This document shows, in pieces, positions 55,374 to 64,000 of a stretch of 64,000 nt of DNA. Numbering within the stretch: the stretch's first letter is position 1; every line of letters starts with the position of its first letter. The stretch comes from the human T2T-CHM13v2.0 reference genome, Homo sapiens. The stretch is from assembly GCF_009914755.1 (NCBI RefSeq), contig NC_060932.1; one strand, 5' to 3'. The notes beneath the pieces are model-generated. The model had not been told where the DNA came from. It made no database searches and saw only the letters and a program-made list of their open reading frames with translations. A program made the translations under genes and the position numbers.

Positions 55374-55750
55374 TGATATGGTTTGTCTGTGTCCCCACCC
55401 AAATCTCATCTTGAACTGTAGTTCTCATAATCCCCACATGTTGTGGGAGGGAACCAATAGGAGGTAATTGAATCATGGAAGTTGTTTTCCCCATGCTAGT
55501 CTCATGATAGTGAGTAAGTTCTCATGAGATCTGATGATTTTATAAGAGGCGTCACCCTTCACACAGCTCTCATTGTTCTCTTTCCTGCTGCCATGTGAAG
55601 AAGGATGTGTTTGCTTCCCCTTCTGCCATGACTGTAAGTTTCATGAGGCCCTCCAACCCTGCAGAACTGTGAGTCAATTAAACCTCTTACCTTTATAATT
55701 TACCCAGTCTCAGGCAGTTCTTAACAGCAGCCTGAGAACAGACTAATACA
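55374..55750 (+). mobile_element. THE1C/D solo LTR
   Basis: tgatatggtttgtctgtgtccccacccaaatctcatcttgaa...gactaataca; TSD GGTGG. Confidence 0.95.
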
Positions 55751-57093
55751 GGTGGTATGAAACTAGATGTCAACGACAGGAGAAAAACTGTAAAATTCAC
55801 AAAAATGACATACTTCTGAATAACTATAAGGTTAAAGAAGAAATCAAAAGGGAAATGAAAAATATCTTGGGACAAATAAAAATGCAAACCCAACATACCA
55901 AAACTTGAGGGATAAAGAAAAAGCAGTTAAGCTTATACTGATAAATGCCTACATTAAGAAAAAAGAAAACTCTCAAATAAACAAGCTAGCTTTACATGTA
56001 AGGAACTAGAGAAAGACAGATAAATGAAGCACAAAATTAGCAGAAAGAAGGAAAACAAAACAAAGACCAGAGAATAAATAAATGAAATAGAGAGTAGAAA
56101 AACAATAGAAAAGATCACTGAAACTGAGTTGATATTTTGGAAAGATTAAAATTTTAAATCTTTAGCTAGACTAAGAAAAAAAGAAAAAGAATCAAACATT
56201 GTAAATGAAAGGGAGATAATTACAACTAGTGCCACAGAAATACAAAGGACCATAAGAGACTATTATGAACAATTATATGTCAACAAATTGGACAAACTAG
56301 AAGACATGAATAAATTTCTAGAAACGTACAACCTTCTAACACTAAATTATGAAGAATTAGGAAATATGAATGTATCAATAATGAGTAAGGAGATTAAAGT
56401 ATGAATCAAAGACCTGAATGAAGCTAAGCATAGGACCTAATAGCTTCACTGCTGAATTCCATCAAACATTTAAAGAGGAATTAATATCAATCCTTATCAA
56501 ACCCTTCTCAAAAAGTGAAGAGGAGAGAATACTTCCAAACTCATTTTACAAGCATAGCATTAACCTGATATCAAAGCCAGATTTGGACAGTACAAGAAAA
56601 GAAAATTACAGGCCAATATCCCTGATAAACATATGAACAAAAATTCTCAAAAAAATACTAGCAATTGAATCAATACCACATTAAAAGGATTGTGTACCAT
56701 GATCAAGTGTGATTTATCCCTGGGATGCAAAAATGGTTCAACATATGGAAATCAATAAATGATACACCACATTAACAGAATGAAGAATAAATATGATATA
56801 ATTGTATCCATAGATGCAGAAAAAGCATTTTACATTTTCAACATACTTTCATGATAAATATCAAAATATTAGATATAGAAGGAATATATCTCAATATAAT
56901 AAAGGTCACATATGACAAGCTCTCAGCTAACATTGTACTCAATGATGAAAAGCTGAAAGCTTTTCTTCTCAGATAAGGAACAAGTGAAGGATGTCCATCT
57001 CATCACTCCTGCTCAACGTAAGACTAGAAGTCCTAGCCAGAAAAATTAGAAAAGGAAAAAAAAAAGACATTCAAATAATAAAAGTGGAAGGTA

Positions 57094-57515
<422 letters not shown>

Positions 57516-57685
57516 TCAGTCTCATTTCTGTACACTAACAATAAACCATCTGAAAAAAAAAGAAAACAATGTCATTTACAATAGCATCAAAAGTATGTAA
57601 GAATAAATTAACCAAGGAGATGAAAGATTTGTACACTGAAAACAATTAAACATTGACAAAAGCCATGACAGAAGACACAAATCAA

Positions 57686-59081
<1,396 letters not shown>

Positions 59082-60202
59082 AGAAGACACAAATCAATGA
59101 AAAAATACTCCTTGTTCATGGATTGAAATAATTATTATTAAAATGTTCATGCTACTTAAAGCAATCTCTAGTTTCAATGCAATCCTCATCAAAATTCCAA
59201 TAGCATTTTTCACAGAAATAGAAAAAAATTCTAAAATTTGCATGGTACCTCTAAAGACCCTGAATAACAAAAGAAATCTTGAGCAAGAAGATGAGAGCTG
59301 AAAGCACCATACTTCCTGATTTCAATTTATATTACAAAACTATAAAAATTAAAATAGTATGGTATTGGCATATAAACAGACACATAAACCAATGGAACAG
59401 AATCGAGAGCCCAGAAATAAGCCCATGGATATCTTGGCAAAGAGGCCATGAATACAAAGCAGGAAAAGGATAGTTCTTATTAAATGGTGGTGGGAAAACT
59501 GAATAGCCACATGCAAAAGAACAAAATTGGACCCTTATCTTACACCAGACTCAAAAATCATCTATGAATGGATTAAATACTTAAATGCAAGACATAAAAC
59601 CATAAAACTCCTAAAAGAAGAAAGCACATAGAAAAAGAGCTCCTTGATATTGTTCTTGGCAATGATTTTTTGGATATGACACCAAAAGCACAGGTAACAA
59701 AAGCAAAAGTAAACAAGTAGGCCATACAACTCAAAAGTGGAAAAACAAATAACCTGATTTAAAAATGGGCAAAGGATATGAATAGACATTTTTCCAAAGA
59801 AAATGCCAACAGGTATATGAAAAGGTTCACATCACCACTCAACAGGGAAATGCAAATCAAAACCACAGGGAGATATCACTTCACACCTGCTGGGATGGCT
59901 TTATCAGAAAAGCAAAAGACAAGTGTCGGTGGGATTGTAGAGAAATAAGAACCCTTGTACACGGTTTGTGGGAATGTAAAATGGTACAGACACCATGGAA
60001 AACAGTATAAAAGTATCCCAAAATGTGAAAAATAGAACTACCATATAACAATCTCACTTCTGTGTATACATCTAAAGGAAGTGAAACAAGTATGTTGAAG
60101 AGGTATTTGCACTCCCATGTTCATTACCGCATTATTTACAATATAATTGTTTGTGTATATATATATATACAGACACACACAATGGATTATTATTCAACCT
60201 TA

Positions 60203-60589
<387 letters not shown>

Positions 60590-61248
60590 TTAAAAGTTGA
60601 ACTCATAGAAATGGAGTAGAATGGTGGTTGCTTGGGTTGCGGGTGGGGTAAAGGGGTCATGTTGGTCAAAGGGTGCAAACTGTCAGTTATAAGTTGAATA
60701 AGTTCTGGAGATCTAATATATAACATGGTGACTGTGATTCATATTAAGTTAAAATATAGTTAAAATTTTCTAAGGGAGGAAATCTCAAGTGTTCTTAACA
60801 CACACACAAAAATAACTGTTAGGTGATTGATATGTTAATTAGATTGATTGTGGTAATCATTTCACAATGTATACACATGTCAAAACATCACATTGTACAC
60901 CTTAAATATGTAGAATTTTTATTCAACAGTGATAGCCCAGTAAAGCTCAAATGAACACAAAACAGTGTTGCACCAGTTGAAGAGTTTACACTTCTCTATA
61001 GAAGCTTATACAAAGCTTTAAAACAAGACTGGAAGGGTGAAGTTAGCCTAGATGCAAACTGACTCTCATAATAAAGAAAAAAAATATGACACTCTTTTTA
61101 GGAAGAAAACAAAATCCAGATACTCAACCAGGTAACAGTTACAATACTCAGCATCTGATCTAAAATTACCAGGCATGTAAAGAGATAGAGAGTTAAGATC
61201 CATAAACGGGGTAAAGTTAGTGAATACAAAGCTTACAAAATGACAGAC

Positions 61249-61560
61249 GGCTGGGTGTGGTGGCTCACACCTGTAATCCCAGCACTTTGGGAGGCCAAGG
61301 CAGATGGATCACTTGAGGCCAGGAGTTCGAGACCAGCCTGGCCAACATGGCAAAACCCTATCTCTACTAAAAATACAAAAATTAGCTGGGCATGGTGGTA
61401 CACATCTGTAGTCCCAGCTACTCAGGAGGCTGAGGCACAAGAATTGCCTGAACCTGGGAGGCGGAGGTCGCGATTAGCAGAGATTGTGCCACTGCACTCC
61501 AGCCTGGGCAGCAGAGCAAGAATCTGTTTCAAAACAAACCAAAAAATAAAAAAATCAAAG
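61249..61560 (+). mobile_element. Alu (AluS-type)
   Basis: Full dimer; TSD aaatgacaga / aaatgactga. Confidence 0.96.
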
Positions 61561-61899
61561 AAATGACTGATATTATGGAATTAATAGAAAGGATTTAAAA
61601 ACTGTTATTTTAAATATGTTCAATGATGTAAAAGAAAAATGAACATAAGAAAGAGAAAAATGAAAAGTATAAAAAAGAATGAAATGACATTTCTGGAGTT
61701 GAAAAATACAACACCAAATTGAAAAACTGACCGAATGCACCTAACAAGGGACTAGACACCACAGAAGATCAGAAAACTGAAAGCAGAACAGAAGAAATTA
61801 TTAAAACTCAAGCACAGAGATATGAAAGACAGAATACATTTAATATAGCCTCACTGACTATGGGACAATAGCAAGTGATCTGATATGAGTATAATTGGA

Positions 61900-63722
61900 A
61901 TCCACTATTCAGCGTTGTACTGGTGGTCCTAGTCAGTCTAATAAGGCAAGACAAAGCAACAAAAGGCATACAGATTGGAAAGAAAGAAGTAAAAATGTCT
62001 TTATTCACAGAGAGCAGAAAATTCCAATAATCTACCAGAAGTTACTAGAACTACTTCATGAGTTTAGCAATTAAATGAAAGGTAACTAGATGTACAAAAA
62101 TCAATTGTATTTCCATATCCTATGAAGAGATAATTGGAATACTATGAAACACTTAAGGATAAGTTTAACAAAAATTACACAAGATTCATAAACTGAATAC
62201 AACAGAACACTGCTAGGAGAAATGAAAGAATACTTAAATAAAGGAAGAAATATATGATGTATATGGATCATAAAATACACTATGTTAAAAGGTCCATTCT
62301 ACTCAAATTGCTGTATCAATAACAATTTCAGCAGGCTTTTTTTGTTTAGAAGTTAACTAGCCAATTAGAAAATTTGATTAGATTTGCAAAAGACCATAGA
62401 AAAGCCAAAATAATTTTGAGAAATAACAATGTAGGAGGACTTACACTTCCTAATGTTAAGACTTATTATAAAACTATAGTAGTTAAAAGATTGTGGTAGG
62501 GACACAAGCATAGTAATATAGATCAGTAGAAAAGAAAATCGATTTTGGAGAAAGTTTCAGATAATTTAACTGAAAAAGAATACTCCTTTCAACAAGTTGG
62601 GCTGGGAGTAACCGAATAACAATATAAAAAAAAGTGAACCACGATTTTTACTTCAAACTATAGACAAAAAATAACTCAAAATTGATTACATCTAAATTTA
62701 AAAATAGAAAACTACATTATTTCTAAAAGAAAACATAGAAGATAAAAATCTTTGTAATCTTTGGGCAGGCAAGATTTCTTTGATAACAAAAATCACTCAC
62801 CATAGAAGAAGATGACCAACAAATTAAAACTTTATGAAAATTAAATCCTCCTCTTTAAAAGACACTATTTAGACAATGAGGAGGGAAGCTGCAGACTGAG
62901 AAAGAATATTTACAAACTATATTGAGATATCTAACAAAGAACACTTCAAAAATATGTAAATTAAATTTTACATCATATTCAAATAGTCAATACACACAAG
63001 AAGAAATGTTCAACATCATTATGCATCAAAGAATGCAAATAAAGTTATAATGAGATACCACTAAACACTACACTATTTAGTTCAGAATAACTAAAATTTA
63101 AAAAGAGTGACAATACCATGTGTAGGTAGAGATGTAAAGCTACTTGAAATTTTAGCTTGCCAATGGGAGTGTTAAATGGGACAACTACTTTGAGAAACAA
63201 CCTGGAAGTTTCTTCTATAGTTAAACATACATTTACTGTATTACCCAGAAATTTCACTCCAAGAGAAATGCAAACATAGGTCCACACAAAGGTTTGTACA
63301 CAAATATTCACAGCAGCTTCATTTATAATAACCACAAACTGGGAACAACACACATATGCATCAAGAGGTTAAGAGATCAACAGATTGTGATGTATTCATA
63401 TAACAGATATTATTCATCAATATTAATACATACAACATGACTTACAAACACAGCATATTGAGGTAGGCACAACATCACTGTGTGATTCTACCTATAAAAA
63501 ATGAATCCTTACATATAGAAAATAGTTTGGTGGCTGTCTGGATTGGAATTTGCGAAGGGGATTGGTTGCAAAGAAACACGAGGGAAAAATTAAGGATAAT
63601 GAAAATATTTTTTATTTTTATTGCACTGAAATAACCAAACACGTTTCTCAAACCCCATTAAACTGTATGAATAAATTTGTATCATTGTATTGTGTACAAA
63701 TTTTACCTCAATAAAATTGATA
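61900..63722 (+). mobile_element. Old L1M (MC/MD/ME-type) ORF2 3' part and 3' UTR
   Basis: aaaggcatacagattggaaagaaagaagtaaaaatgtctttattcacag...ttttacctcaataaaattga. Confidence 0.85.
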
Positions 63723-63849
63723 ACAACCAATTATGTAGAGAGAGGTTGTCTATAAACTGAGCACAAAATGCAATAGACAATCTAGTAGCTTCAGATTCTT
63801 AAAAATTCAATCAGTGAGATAATTTGCATCAGGAACAAAACAGATATTT

Positions 63850-63995
63850 ATCAGCCTGGCTGTGGTTTTGTTTTCTCATGGTAAAATCTGAATCATACAA
63901 GTATCTCTTACCTAGGATGGCACTCAGGATCAAATTAATAAATATATGTAAAGCATGTAGAGTAAATCCTGGCAGATATTAAGAATTCAATAAAG
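63850..63995 (+). mobile_element. MIR fragment
   Basis: ttttctcatggtaaaat...aggatcaaattaataaatatatgtaaagca...cctggca. Confidence 0.65.
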
Positions 63996-64000
63996 ACTGG

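Overview
Primate (human-like) non-coding genomic DNA, AT-rich and dominated by transposable-element fossils: Alu J/S/Y, L1PA and older L1M elements, L2, MIR, MaLR/ERVL solo LTRs and hAT/Tigger DNA elements. I see no supportable protein-coding exon, RNA gene, CRISPR array or prokaryote-type system. The supplied ORFs are mostly Alu, L1 or LTR read-throughs or chance ORFs, and I cannot name the host locus. The most notable non-routine signals are: (1) a ~0.6 kb polyadenylated minus-strand relic at ~25.98-26.59 kb whose frameshifted translation follows L1/Tx1-clade ORF1p motif order, suggesting an ORF1-only ancient retroelement; (2) a local ~85-bp inverted duplication at 39.5-40.0 kb whose second arm sits in a 10-bp direct repeat at a hairpin site; (3) two strong CTCF motifs in divergent orientation at 12.4 and 37.3 kb; (4) several unique, motif-dense enhancer-like blocks; (5) a full-length old L1 (51.8-61.0 kb) carrying nested insertions, including a twin-primed L1PA. 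Subfamily names come from recalled consensus sequences and need RepeatMasker/Dfam confirmation. Boundaries of old elements are approximate.
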